Virus record (IMG/VR): IMGVR_UViG_3300035498_000616
DNA: 55,219 nt
Source: an uncultured virus (IMG/VR IMGVR_UViG_3300035498_000616)
Lineage: Duplodnaviria; Heunggongvirae; Uroviricota; Caudoviricetes
Strand: one strand, 5' to 3'
How positions within the stretch are numbered: position 1 is the stretch's first letter; every line of letters starts with the position of its first letter. The notes under the pieces are model-generated. The model made no database searches and was not told the DNA's origin. It worked only from the letters and a program-made list of their open reading frames with translations. Position numbers and translations under genes: made by a program. This document shows, piece after piece, positions 24,801 to 36,147 of the stretch.

Positions 24801-27800
24801 AGTATTCTTTGCTCTATTATCAGTTCCAGACATGAACTTCACAAAAGCTTGATGGAATGCAACATCATCAACTTCAGCAAATTCTTTAATACCTTCTGCG
24901 AATTTTTCTTTAATTGCATCAAGAGCAGCAGCAATTCCAATTGTACTTGTAGTTCCAGCTAAGTCATAGATATTTAATCTATCCCAACCACCGTTGTAAC
25001 TATATCCAGCTTTTACCCAAGTTTGATTTACTTCATCGTAACGATAAATATCACCACTCTTGTGATTAACTGTATTTAAAGTACAAGTGCTACTAGTAAC
25101 AACATATTTATATCTTACATCCCAATTGTTAGGAGTGCTTGAATTATAAATTTTTAAGTTGTAATCGTATTTATAAACAAAGTCATAGAAACTTCTCCAT
25201 ACAGTTAAAGAATCTTTGGCAGAATCTAAAATACCATCACCAGAATCGTTTACTCCAAAATCAATATCCCAAGAACCACGAGCATTATGATAAATAGACT
25301 CATCGTCAATTTTAAGATTTTGCCAAGGAGCAGCTAATGATTCTTCATAAGTAAGAGTAGGAGCTGATTCAAATACTCCATTGTTCATTCTCTGTAATGC
25401 CTACCAAGGTACTCTAAAGTTGGAAGAAGGATCAGAATTTTCTCCACCTTCTAATAACAACATCGAATTATCGTTATATCCAAATGTTTCGGTATCACCT
25501 TTCGCAGAACCCCAAGTTTGGAATCCCATAAACTTAATATTGTTATTTTCAAGAATATCAGCTAATTCTACATTATCTACTGAATCTAAATCAGTATATA
25601 AATAGAAATACAAGAAAGGCTCTTCGTGAACTGCTTTCAAACCACCTGTAGGTAATGCGCCTAACGATCTTTTGTAAGCATCATCGTATAATTTACACGC
25701 TCCAATTTTATGTGATTGCATAGAAGATGCAAAATTAACTTTACCAACTGTTTTAGTAACTTTAATTTCGGAAGTTTCTTGCTAACCATCATAAGGAGGC
25801 ATGACGTAATATCCTTCTGTTACATTAGCATTCTCAACGAATGTATCAGTATCAGGATCTAATTGAGAGTAAGGAGTAAACTCACTTTTACCAACTGTAC
25901 TTTTGAATTTATTTAATTGGAAAGCTACATTCCAAATTAAATATCTCATAGCAGAAGAACCTTGTCCTTTAACTAAACCTCTAGTAATTCTACCTCCGTA
26001 TTGTTTATTAATAGCTTCGTCAGCATAATTAACAAATAATGTTACAGGTAAACTATTATTAGCTTTGTTGTTCTAAGAACCATCTTCACCGCCCCAAGCA
26101 CGATTAGGGAATTTACCACCACTCGGATAAACGTAAACTAAAGTATTTACTTTTCCGAAAGCTTTATCGAAAGAAATTTCTCCATTAGTTCCTACTAAAT
26201 CATTAAACTCATAAACTTCAATTTTCTCATCTTTATCTTTTAAGAATGAAATACGATTTTGAATAACTTGTTCGTGAGTTAATGCTACAGTGTTATAAAC
26301 TCTAAATAAATAGAAATTAATATCAGCACTAGTAGGATTAATTTGTAACGTAGAATTAATTAAACTATTAAGTTCAGAATCAAGTAAACTAATTTCTCTA
26401 TCAATACAACCATTAATATAAATTCTCATTAAATTAATAGTTCCTGTATAGTTTTCAAAGTTAGATTGAGCACCTTCTAAGAAATCAGGGAAATAAGCAT
26501 CACCTTTAGAAATACTATAGTTTTTCTAAACTGTAATAACAATATGAGTTTCTGTATCTTCTTGGAATTGTGAATTACGAGCATTAAATAAAGTTTCATC
26601 GGTAGTATTCCAACATAACTAAGTAGGACGTAATTGTAAATTACCGAAAGTAAATACAGGATCTTCTTCGTTACTAATATTGTAGGTTTTAAATCCAAAT
26701 TCAATAGTGAATTGATTAGTTAAACTGAAATTAACAGGAGTAGTAAATACTGGAGTATCTTGTGCAGATACTTTAAAATAAGTTCTGCCTGAATCTTCAA
26801 ACCAACCATCAGAGCTTTCTAAGCTGGTATTAACATTGGCAGAATTTCCATAATATTCACTAGTCATGAAAATATCATTGAGATAACCTCCAATCTAATC
26901 AAAGTTCTTAGAAGGAGCAATATCCTAATAATAAATTAAATTTCTATCAACAGCTTCAACAGCCATTGTTTTCATTGTGCTAGAATAAATCTTATTACTA
27001 ACTACAGTATAGAAATTATAGAATACTCCGTCAACTTTAATTAATAAGTATCTTTCTGAATCATCGCTGTTAATTTCAATATATTTTTGATATGAAGTTT
27101 CATAACTATTGTTTTCATTATAAGATGAAGCATTAATAACTTCATATTTCATAATTTCAGTTGGATTCGGATCAGTAGTATCAGGCATTTCACTTTCAAG
27201 ATAAGTTGAGATATTTACTGAATCCAAATTAGGACTATAAACAGAAAGTTTATAAAGAGTAGCAATACAGTTATTACTGATACCTGAACTTACTCCATTT
27301 ACCGCAACAACAGTGTCTGTACAGCCTACTGTATAAATAACATCAATATAGATATAATCAGTATAAATTGAAGAATCATTTGAGTTAACAGCTCTAACAA
27401 CTAATCTATTCAAACCAGCAGTTAAAGATGAGATTGTCATAACACCTTTAGTAGTCTGAACATTTTTAGTTCCGTTATTATATCCTTCAAGATAATAATT
27501 ACTAATTGTACCTCCAGTTAAAGAGAATGAAGCAGAATTTGTAGTAAGAATAGTATTACCAGTATAAGCTAACGAAATAACCTCATTAGTAATTGCTAAC
27601 TCTAAAGTGTTTTCAACATCTTCAATAGTAGCTGTAATTTTCTTACTAGTTTGAGATTTACTAAACAACTTGCTAATATCAATCCAAGCTAATTCACTAG
27701 GATCAACTGTAACGCTAGAAATAGCACCAGTAGAACTATCAATTACACAATCTGCATATTTAATATTATTTACTTTCGCAGTAAGTGATTGTGTTCCATA

Positions 27801-28202
27801 ATTAATTTTTACACTGAATGGTCCAACTCTATCAACTGTAACGGAAGTTGTAGATACAGCGTATAATGCAATTCCTAATTTAACTGTTTTATCAGAATTA
27901 TATTGCATTAATAAAGAGGAATTAGCACTAGTATAAATTGTTCCATTTATATCAATTCCGTATAACATGATTCCATAAGAATATGTAGGAGGAATTACTG
28001 ATACCTCTGCTGTTACTGTTTCTCCGTTAGCTTTTTTAAGCGATAGAATACTTGTTTCTAAATCGTATTCCATCTGTTGAATTTCACCACCTTGTGCTTT
28101 CTCTAACTGTCTAGTAATTAAATCTTCTACTTCCATTCCAGAATGTCCGTTCCATTCTGTATCCAAATCTGAAATCTAATTAGGTAAATTATCAAATTTC
28201 AT
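21876..28202 (-). CDS. Giant structural protein, 2108 aa, with CotH-kinase-like, leucine-rich-repeat-like and Ig-like segments (TAG=Gln)
   Basis: Eight track ORFs (26925, 26619, 26073, 25401, 24381, 24099, 22794, 22125) share one frame joined by TAG; ATG 28202, TAA 21876; motifs KGQGSSAMRY, KVNFASSMQSHK, GTDNRAKNTY, DDLDT, LTTLILPETIESLKI. Confidence 0.8.
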
Positions 28203-28210
28203 TTTGCTAA

Positions 28211-28411
28211 TTAATTATTTTTCCAAGTATCATCTGAAATCCAAGATCTATCTTGTAGCCATGTTCCGCTACCAAAGCAGCTTCTAATAGCGTCATATAC
28301 GGTAAGCCAAACTAATTGCGAACCTTTATAAATAGCTCCGATACTCTATTGTCCAACTCCCTATATTAATCGTTGAACAGTTAACATCAACTTACCATTT
28401 CTATATATCAT
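28211..28411 (-). CDS. Small Trp-rich hypothetical protein, 66 aa (TAG=Gln)
   Basis: MIYRNGKLMLTVQRLI(TAG)GVGQ(TAG)SIGAIYKGSQLVW...SCFGSGTWLQDRSWISDDTWKNN. Confidence 0.65.
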
Positions 28412-28776
28412 ACGAAATCCTTTTTAATATTCGTTTTAATCTCTTTAAGTGTATTGAGATAATCCTTGTATTCTTCGACAACACTAGAATCATCATTAAT
28501 TCCTTGTGTGTAACTATTATACGAATTAATCAAATCAAATTCATCGTCCGAACTGATAAATTGTCTAATAATACCTTTTACACAATCTTTATAATTTGGT
28601 TGACCACTTATTAAAGCTTGAACAAATTCATACTATGTTTCTTCAGAAGTATTACCTTCCACATCTTGAACATTTACAAGAACTTCTTCAATTCCATAAT
28701 TATAATAATAGGTTCCATTTCCTAGTTTTTGAATTGAACTAGGTTTTTGATTACTTCTTATTTTTCTTGGTTGCAT
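28408..28776 (-). CDS. Hypothetical protein, possibly a fibre chaperone, 122 aa (TAG=Gln)
   Basis: MQPRKIRSNQKPSSIQKLGNGTYYYNY...IIRQFISSDDEFDLINSYN; one TAG; overlaps the RT 3' end. Confidence 0.65.
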
Positions 28777-29962
28777 ATAATACTGCATTAATTGGTAATC
28801 GTCTTCGTGCTAACGCGATGAATAAGCGGTTACTCGCACTTTCTATATAATACGGTTTGCCGTTCATCACGAAATTGATTCTAAATTTCTTACTATATAT
28901 AGAAACATTATAAATTCTAACAACTTTGTTTGCTACCGCTTTGAAAGTTGTTTTAGTTCCATTCCAGTTAGAAAACAAGAATCCAGTAAGTTTTTCAATT
29001 TTCGTTAAAAGATTTTTAGAATCACAATATTTCATCCATCCTGCGTAAGAACTCATAGTTTTGTAAAATTTCATTTTACTGATTTTATTTTCAGTGTAGT
29101 CTTTTACGCATTTCATCATTTTTAATTTTATTGATTTTCTCAATAACGTATGACTATGATAAAACACATATCCGACAAAATCAACTCCTCTAGAGTCTAC
29201 AGGATAAATTTGATAATTGTCTTTTAATTGCAATTGTAAAACGTGTTTAAGATATAATTTAATTAGGATTAACACTTTGTGTAAAAACTCTTTACTGTCT
29301 GATAATATCACCATATCATCAGCATATCGAAAATAATATTTACATTTAACTTCTTCTTTGAGCCAATGATCAAAATATGCTAATGTTAAATTTGCAAAAT
29401 ATTGAGAAAGATAATTACCAATAGGTACTCCGTCAGTTGAATCAATTATTTCATCAAGAATTGATAATAATTTTGGATCCTTTATTTTCTTACGAATAAT
29501 TTCCTTAATCACATCGTGTTTAATAGACGGATAAAATTTTCTTATATCCATTTTCAAACAATATTTAGTTTCAGCTGGATGTTCTTTCAAGCATTTTTTG
29601 AAATCTGACGCTAACTTATGAATACCTCTATTCTTCAAAGCGGCATAAGTATTATGAATAAAAATTTTAGTCCAGATTGGTTCCATTATATTCATGATAG
29701 CATGATGTGCTATTCTATCAGGAAAATACGGCAATTTAAAAATCAATCTTTCTTTTGGTTCAAAAATTTTAAATGTATGATATTCTGATGTTTCATAGAA
29801 CATTAATTCTAATAATGCTGAAAGCTATTGATTTTCTTTTTCTTGATTTTTATCGTGTTTTTCTATTTCGTAACTATGCTTATTTTTTCTCGCATTAAAA
29901 TCTGCTTGATAGATATTACCAATTTCGTATGTCTGTTCGTGTAAAAATCCTATTCTTTTCAT
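28751..29962 (-). CDS. DGR reverse transcriptase, 403 aa (one in-frame TAG at 29825-29827)
   Basis: Starts MKRIGFLHEQ at 29962; motifs YFPDRIAHHA, LKMDIRKFYPSI, GVPIGNYLSQYFANL (DGR-type), YFRYADD, GVDFVGY; adjacent to a TR/VR pair. Confidence 0.95.
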
Positions 29963-30101
29963 AATTAATTTTTTATATATTGCTGAGGAAGTCTTCAATC
30001 TCTTACCAACACCCTATTTGAATATATCTTCTTTATTTTTTGCCAAGGGGCAAGGAAAACATTTACGTAATCTTTTAAAATATTATATCTAGCAATATAA
30101 A

Positions 30102-30205
30102 ACGTGCGCTCACATTAGGATTCGAATTACTGAGACCATTATACAAATTAAGATAAGTGCTGCTGCAATAGGAACCATTATTCAAGTTACCCTCGGTGAG
30201 TCTGT
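30102..30205 (-). ncRNA. DGR template repeat (TR), 104 nt
   Basis: Ungapped alignment to 30244-30347 with 26 mismatches, all at adenines of this copy (minus strand); rich in AAT/AAC codons; lies between the target gene and the RT. Confidence 0.95.
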
Positions 30206-30225
30206 AATAAATGTTTCCGTTGATA

Positions 30226-32850
30226 TTATAATCGAGTTAGTGTACGCGCGCCCACAGAAGGAGCCGAATAACTGAGACCATAAGACAAACGAAGAGAAGC
30301 GCCGCCGCAAAAGGAACCAGCAGACAAGCGACCCCCGGCGAGCCCGTGTCGCATTGTTGTACTGCTATTATCCCATTTGTAATCACACATATAAGTGCTC
30401 GAACCACCGTTTAACTTCGATGGAATAATTTCTCCAGTCTCTCCCAGATCGAAATCTGACACCCATTCTGAATTTACAGGTGTATATCCAGCGATAGTTT
30501 TTGTACCAACAGCATTTGTAAAATCTGTTCTCGACGTGTACACAATATTTCTATTATTTTCTGTATCATATACTATAACCATTCCTGCTAAGAATATCCA
30601 AATATGTCCGAAATTATTTTCAAAACCTCTCCATCTGATAGCAGAAACTGTATAAGCTCCTAATACAATATCTTTGATACCTGTTCCGTTTCCAAATTCG
30701 TTAGTATAACCATTTGGAATAGCTGGATTGTATCCATTGTAGTTGCTCCAATCACCGTGAGTAGTTGGTCCAGCTCCTAATCCACCTTGATGATAACCAT
30801 CAGAGGTTAATTCTGCATTATAATCTGCCTAGAAGTTAAAGTTAGCATATTCTATTACATAACACCAGTAGAATATCCATTTATAATATTCATAACATAA
30901 AACTTCTGAACCAGCATTAGCAGCATAAGTAATGTATTGCTGTAAGTTTAATGATGTTCTACATTTTCCTAAATCGCTTCTATACGGATCATAATTTTCG
31001 TTAGTTTCATCCATATAAACGTCATAAGAAGATCGATTCTAACCACCACGATAATTAGCGGTAAAATTAACAACTGAAGCAGTTTTACTGTTAGCCTAAT
31101 CAATAGTACATAAATATGCGTCAATAACCATTTCAGGAATTTCAACCCAACTGTCATCAATTTTATACGTTGAAATTCTTACCCAACGTTTGCCGTTTTC
31201 ATATGTACCTGATTTACCGTAGAATTTCATTACATGAACTCTCACATCACCATCAGTTCCATCAAGTACTGCTTCTGTACCATCAGCCTTATAAGTCCAA
31301 TCATCAGGATGCAAATAATATTGAATTAATCCATCTTTAAATATACATCCTCGATATGAAGATTGAATTGGTAATTGTTTATGAAGTAAAGGATTACCAA
31401 TGCGAGTTAATATTGGTGACGAAACATTCGGATCCCATTCTACACCGTAAGAGTGTAAATCAATTGTAGTCTAATTAAATTCTGTAACTTGTTTATTTAA
31501 TTCTTCTTGCTTTTCTTGAAGTTGTTCCCACATTTTATTTAATGTGGCAAATTGTTCATCAAGTTTAGAACTAGAATCAGACCATTTAGCTGTACCGTCA
31601 GAATCGTAGGTTAATAACTATCCTTCTGAACCACCTTCTGGGATATGTTTATTTCCTGAAGTTGTTGGATGTACATAATTATTAGCATTTTCTTCAATTT
31701 TTGCTAATTTATTTTTTTCATCCCACGTATAATCATTAGTAGATAAACCTTTGTTAAATTCTTTATCTACCTTAGTATCAAGTTTTGTGTCAATTGAAGA
31801 AGATAGTTGACTTACCTACGAATTTAACTAACCGATACTTGAAGCATTCGAACTAATACCTTTTGCTAGGCTTGACATTCCTGAATAACAACTAGCAAGT
31901 TGAGTAACTTGTTCATCAGTAAAATCATTACTAGATAAACCTTTTCCTTCTTCAACATCTACTTTATTAATTAAAGCATCGCTTATATTATTAATATCTT
32001 CTTGAATACTAGTTATGTTTTCAGTATTAGATGTTATATTCGGAATAAGACGTTTATCTAAATCTTCAGCTATTAAATTAACTTTTTTCAATGTCTCTAA
32101 CATATCATTGTCAAAGTCAATTGTAGATAACCCTTTTCCATCAACTTTATCAACTTTATTATCTAATGCTGTTTGAGTTGCTGTTGAAATTGGTTTATCA
32201 ACATCAGAAGTATTATCGACATTTGATAATCCAACTTCTGATTTAGTATAACTAGGTTTAGTTTCAGCTTTCGCCCAATCAGGAACTGTAGGATCGGTTT
32301 CTTCGGAATTTATTTTAGCTTGTAATTCATCATCAAGTAATGAAATAGTTACCTAATCTTTAGAAGCTAATACTCCAAGATCAGGTTTATTTAGAATAAC
32401 TCCATTTCCTTCTGTTGCGTTCCAGTCAGATTGAGCAACTTCAGATAAGCTCGCAAGTTTATTTTTTTCTTCAGTAGTAAAGTCTTCTGTTGATAATTGT
32501 TTACCAGATACTTTATCTACTTTATTATTTAATAGACTTACTAAGTCTTGTGTTTCATTAATATTATCTAAGAATGTAACAACTTCGTTCCATCTATTAA
32601 TAATATCATCGGAATCATTTTCAATAGAAACGAAATTATTAAAAGCAGTTGTAATTGAATCGACGCTAGCTTTTAAAGTTCCTTCTTGCTAGATTGCACG
32701 TTCAATTTCTTGTGCTAATTGTATATCCAGATTTGCTACATCTACTTTCAACTAAGCAATTTCTGCATATTTAAAAGACGTATAAGTTTTAGTATTTTTA
32801 TTATAATATACTAATTCGTCTTTATCTCTTGTCAGATCAACAAATTTCAT
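30226..32850 (-). CDS. DGR target: tail fibre/receptor-binding protein with C-terminal C-type-lectin-fold VR, 874 aa (TAG=Gln)
   Basis: Track ORFs 31828, 31096, 30829 and 30226 share one frame via TAG; four KVD(K/V)xxxK(G/Q)LSxxD(F/Y) stalk repeats; RWRGFENNFGHIW and GG...GAR motifs typical of CLec-fold DGR targets. Confidence 0.85.
30244..30347 (-). repeat. DGR variable repeat (VR) at the 3' end of the target gene
   Basis: Encodes HGLAGGRLSAGSFCGGASLRLSYGLSYSAPSVGAR; differs from TR only at TR adenines. Confidence 0.95.
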
Positions 32851-33866
32851 TATGTACTTTGTAATTTAGCAATAGCCTAATTAATTAACTCGTCGACTTC
32901 TGCTTTAGTATAATATTTTTCAGCAAGATCCTCACTTCGAACATATCCTGTATCTTTATCTGTTTTATCTCCATAAGTTAGATATAACACATTTGAATCT
33001 TTCTCTTCAAGATTATCATATTCGTCTTGTGTGAGATATTTAATTTCAGGAATATCTTCTGTGTAAGGAATTATATTGTCTCCGACATGTATTCTATCTT
33101 CAATAGTAATTTCATTATCAGAAAGATTGATTTGATTAGTGCTAATTGTTTTTGATGCAAAATATTCTGCATCTTTTTCCCTATCTGAAATATACTATTT
33201 CTAAGTTAGAAATACAAAATCATCTTCATCTGTATCTCCTTTTAAACTTTCCTTTGTAACAAAAGTATCTAAACTTTCTGCTTTATTGTAATAATTTTCT
33301 AACGCAGAATTTATTGTTGAGACACTTGTTGTATTTAATTCTTCTTTAGTAACATAATTATCATTTAAATTAGTATTTATGCTACTATTTAAGTCTTCAA
33401 TATTTTGCTTGAGTGTTTGAACTGTTGAATTTAGTGCTTTCTAAGATAACTATTCTTCAATTGATTTACCCCATTCGGCAGATAAATAAAATTGATTTTC
33501 ATCAAGGCTATCTTCGTATATATAATAATAAGTGTCTTGATGGATGAAAGATAAACTTTCGTCAATAGCTTTATTGTTTTCATCAGTATTATTTTTCCAT
33601 TCGTCATATTCTGCTTGAGTACAAGTAATAATTTGAATAGATTCATAGGAAGCTTTCCAACCTTTACTATTAGCAATATTAGTTTTATCAATTAAAACGT
33701 ATTGATTACCATTAGCTACACAAGCTACAACCATTCCTTCATAAGCATACTTACTAGGAATGTCGTAAAGATCATTTACATTCGAAACAACAGCTCTACA
33801 ATCTAACGGCTTAGGAGTCTCAACTGTTAATGAAACTCCTAAAACAGAATCACCAGTATATTTCAT
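32850..33866 (-). CDS. Tail-associated structural protein, 338 aa (TAG=Gln)
   Basis: Track ORF 33450..33866 (PLDCR...AYEGMVV) continues through TAG to TAA at 32850. Confidence 0.7.
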
Positions 33867-35269
33867 TTATTCAATATAAATTTAATTCTATGAGGTAAGA
33901 CTGATGAATATTCATCTTGTTTAGTCCATACCTTATAAGGAAATCCATTAATATATTCAGTTGATTCATCCCAACCTGTTAAATCTACATTTAAATAACC
34001 AAGCCCGCCATTCACTGTAAATGTTTGCAACTATGAATTTTTTCCAGGAAGTTTGATTATTGCTTGACCACTCAAGTAAACATCTATTTCTTCGGTAGTG
34101 GTATCGAAGGGAACTAAATCTTGTTTAATAACTCCATTAATGTTTCCTGCGTACCAAGGATAAGTTGTTTCCACGATGGATGTTGCTGTTACTTCACCAG
34201 CTTCTATCTTTTTATCAGTTTGTTCTCCTTTATTATTAATTAAATAATTACCCTCGGCATAGGTAACTTTCGCAATATATTTATATTTAGCTATATCACT
34301 ATAACTATCAAACGAATTTTCATCGCGAGTTAATTCTTCACCTGCATCACCTTGTTCAAAAGTTAATTCAGGTTTAATAACTTCAGAGTTTACTTCTACT
34401 AATTGATATTCTGGATTGTAACTTAATGTAGGTTTAATTAAATCTCTAACATATGTTGGGAATAAAATAATATCAATAATGTTAGTTAGAGATTTGCCTT
34501 TTAACTATTCAAGTGTCGTACCTTCTTCAATACCACCTACTGTAGTAGGAGCAACAGTATCTTCAGGCAATTCAGAATTATACACTAACGACTCTTGAAT
34601 AGTTGTAATATTGTCTGTATTATTTTTAACATTATTAGATAATTCTGTGACTGTATCAGTTAGGTCGGCAACATACAATCCATCTTCATCTACAATAGCA
34701 TTGTTTTCTTTCTGAGAAATATTTACTTCGAGTGTATCATTTAACTAAATTGAACTAGATAAATGATTTTCAATCCAAGTTTGAATATTTCTATCAACAT
34801 CAATATTTACAATTTTTTCATTAATAGTTGTAATCTAGCTATTTAACTATTCGATTGTTGAATTAGAATCTTCCAGATTTTGTTTTAATTCATTAACTAA
34901 ATTCTATAATTCTTCAATTGATTCATTGTTAGCTTGATAACTACTAATAAAAACCAGTGCATAATCCAGAGCTTCTTTTACTGTCGAAATATTTTCATAT
35001 AACGGAGTAGAATAACTCTTAATAGTGTCTACATATTTAATTAAATCTTGTTGTTTTTCAAGTTGTCCTGTGAGATTTCCCCATTGTAAATTAGAATCAT
35101 CAGCAATACCAAGATTTTTTCTAACCTTAGCTTTTTCTAATTCAGTACGATACTCTCCTAAGTATTTATCTCTTAAAAGAGGAATAGGTTCACTTTTAAC
35201 TAACTAACCTTTCTTCCCACAAGGAACATTTTCTGCATTAGTTACAGCTGTGTAAATAGATTTTATCAT
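33863..35269 (-). CDS. Structural protein with coiled-coil and Ig-like parts, 468 aa (TAG=Gln)
   Basis: MIKSIYTAVTNAENVPCGKKG(TAG)LVKSEPIPLLRDKYLGEYRTELEKAKVRKNLGI...TVGGIEEGT...YPWYAG; closes at TGA 33863. Confidence 0.7.
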
Positions 35270-35432
35270 TTAAAAACTTCTATTTAATAAATTCATGATT
35301 ATCTAATTTAACAGGTAAATCAATAAAACAAATTAAGTTTAATAATTCTTCATAGTCAGGTTTATATCCTTTTTTTAACTATAATAAGAATTCTTCATAC
35401 TACTTAATTGCCTCTCTCTTTAGAGCATCCAC
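35238..35432 (-). CDS. Small hypothetical protein, 64 aa (GTG start, TAG=Gln)
   Basis: MDALKREAIK(TAG)YEEFLL(TAG)LKKGYKPDYEELLNLICFI... Confidence 0.5.
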
Positions 35433-36147
35433 AGCCAAATGATTTATGAGGTTCATGTGAATCGCATAATCCTCCACATTTTTTGAACATAGATAAGATA
35501 CGTTCTGCTTCCATGAACTATTTAAAACCTATTAAATAATCTATAACATTTAAAGTCATCCAAATAAAATCTCTAGCAAAAATATCATCCGAGTTTTTAG
35601 TTGAACTACATTGATTGAGTAAATTATCAAATAAACGCTTACAATAATTAATATAACATTGTTGTAAATGTCCAGTGTAGAACACATCAACCTTACATTT
35701 CTTTATTGTTGTTCCTTCAATATTTCTTTCAAGAACTTCTTTGATAGAAACTTCTTCAATTTCTCCATCAACTACTTTAAATATTTTTTCATCGTCTACA
35801 AAGTATATTGATTCATAATATTCTTTATATTCATCAGAAGCATTTTCATACCACTCTTTAGTTGGTAAAACAAAATGATTAACTACATAGTAACCATCTT
35901 CTTTAATCTTAAAAGTTGCTGAATCAAGATCTTCTGTGTGTTTATTTAAGAGCACATCTATTAATACCGCCTTATCCATGCTGAGTTTTAAGACAGAATT
36001 AATAGTTGCACTCTGAGAATATTTATATGAATCGTAGGAAGTTACAACTTCAAGATCTTCATCAAAATATTGATTGTATTCTTTTGAATAGTCTTCAATT
36101 GTAATTTCTCCATTTAGGTTGGTATGTACATCAATGTTAAATTCCAT
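35404..36147 (-). CDS. Hypothetical protein with Cys-rich C-terminus, 247 aa (TAG=Gln)
   Basis: Track ORF 35518..36147 continues (QFMEAERILSMFKKCGGLC...GCGCS) to TAA 35404. Confidence 0.7.

Larger units (their letters stand above)
28751..32850 (-). mobile_element. Diversity-generating retroelement cassette (target-VR, TR, spacer, RT)
   Basis: Target gene, TR and RT are contiguous on the minus strand. Confidence 0.9.

Noticed and set aside
28751..29962. RT as a group II intron, retron or Abi RT
   Set aside because: The GxxxSQ-type motif (PIGNYLSQ) and the adjacent A-specific TR/VR pair identify a DGR; no intron domain V or maturase/endonuclease domain seen.
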